Shown piece by piece: positions 63,633 to 64,000 of a stretch of DNA of 64,000 nt. A model generated the notes under the pieces. The model ran no database searches and was not told the DNA's origin. It saw nothing but the letters and a program-made list of their open reading frames with translations. Position 1 is the first letter of the stretch, and each line of letters starts with the position of its first letter. This DNA comes from Octopus sinensis (lineage: Eukaryota). Location: contig NC_043001.1 in assembly GCF_006345805.1 (NCBI RefSeq), forward strand, positions 74,028,001 to 74,092,000, read 5' to 3'. A program made the position numbers and the translations under genes.

Positions 63633-64000
63633 ATGTCTTTATCTCTTTCCCTTTCTTTCACCTCCTTACTCTTGTCTGCCTCTCTCTGTATTTCCCTCTT
63701 TCTTGCCTCCTTATTCTTCCCCTTTCTCTCTCTCTCTCATCTCTGTCACACTCTCTTCCACTCACTCACCCCTCCACCCACTCACACCATATACCTCCAG
63801 CTGCTATTTCTTGTCTTATCTATTTCCTCTCAACATTCTCTGATGTTATTAGCCTCTAAGTCTCTTCTGTGAATACAACTTCTTCAGACTCTCCCATTCC
63901 TCCCACAGACACCATTTTGTTGCTCTTCTGAACACTTACCACCCATTCATTCCCTCTCCTACCCTTATTTCCTACCTACACCCAAACAACCTTCACTGTT

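Overview
AT-rich, intron- and repeat-rich eukaryotic (metazoan) DNA. The SINE families and microsatellite load suggest an octopus or other coleoid cephalopod; this is inference from recalled repeat families, not a database result. Positions 1-49794 (+ strand) hold the 3' part of one multi-exon gene, an RH-RhoGEF of the ARHGEF11/ARHGEF12 (PDZ-RhoGEF/LARG, fly RhoGEF2) family. Sixteen GT-AG exons from 3259 to the TAA at 49792-49794 join in frame (2778 nt, 925 aa plus stop) and encode DH, PH, a Thr-rich linker, coiled-coil segments and an acidic tail; a probable partial exon lies at 1-27 and the N-terminus is upstream of the window. Introns and the downstream region are filled with tRNA-derived SINEs, decayed RTE, CR1 and CR1/Jockey-type LINE fragments, MITEs, a Penelope-like element and microsatellites. 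The notable structures are: (i) a 1.13-kb (TA)n-bounded tandem duplication that copies a frame-asymmetric coding exon identically; (ii) a perfect 980-bp palindrome in an intron; (iii) a second (TA)n-bounded 1.11-kb duplication; (iv) a Penelope-associated hammerhead ribozyme motif plus a second degenerate one; (v) a 5'-inverted RTE LINE with a 9-bp TSD; (vi) a CR1 3' tail resembling the tail of the main SINE. Items (i)-(iii) could be assembly artefacts and need read-level checks. No prokaryotic-type system, CRISPR array, rRNA or tRNA gene is supported.
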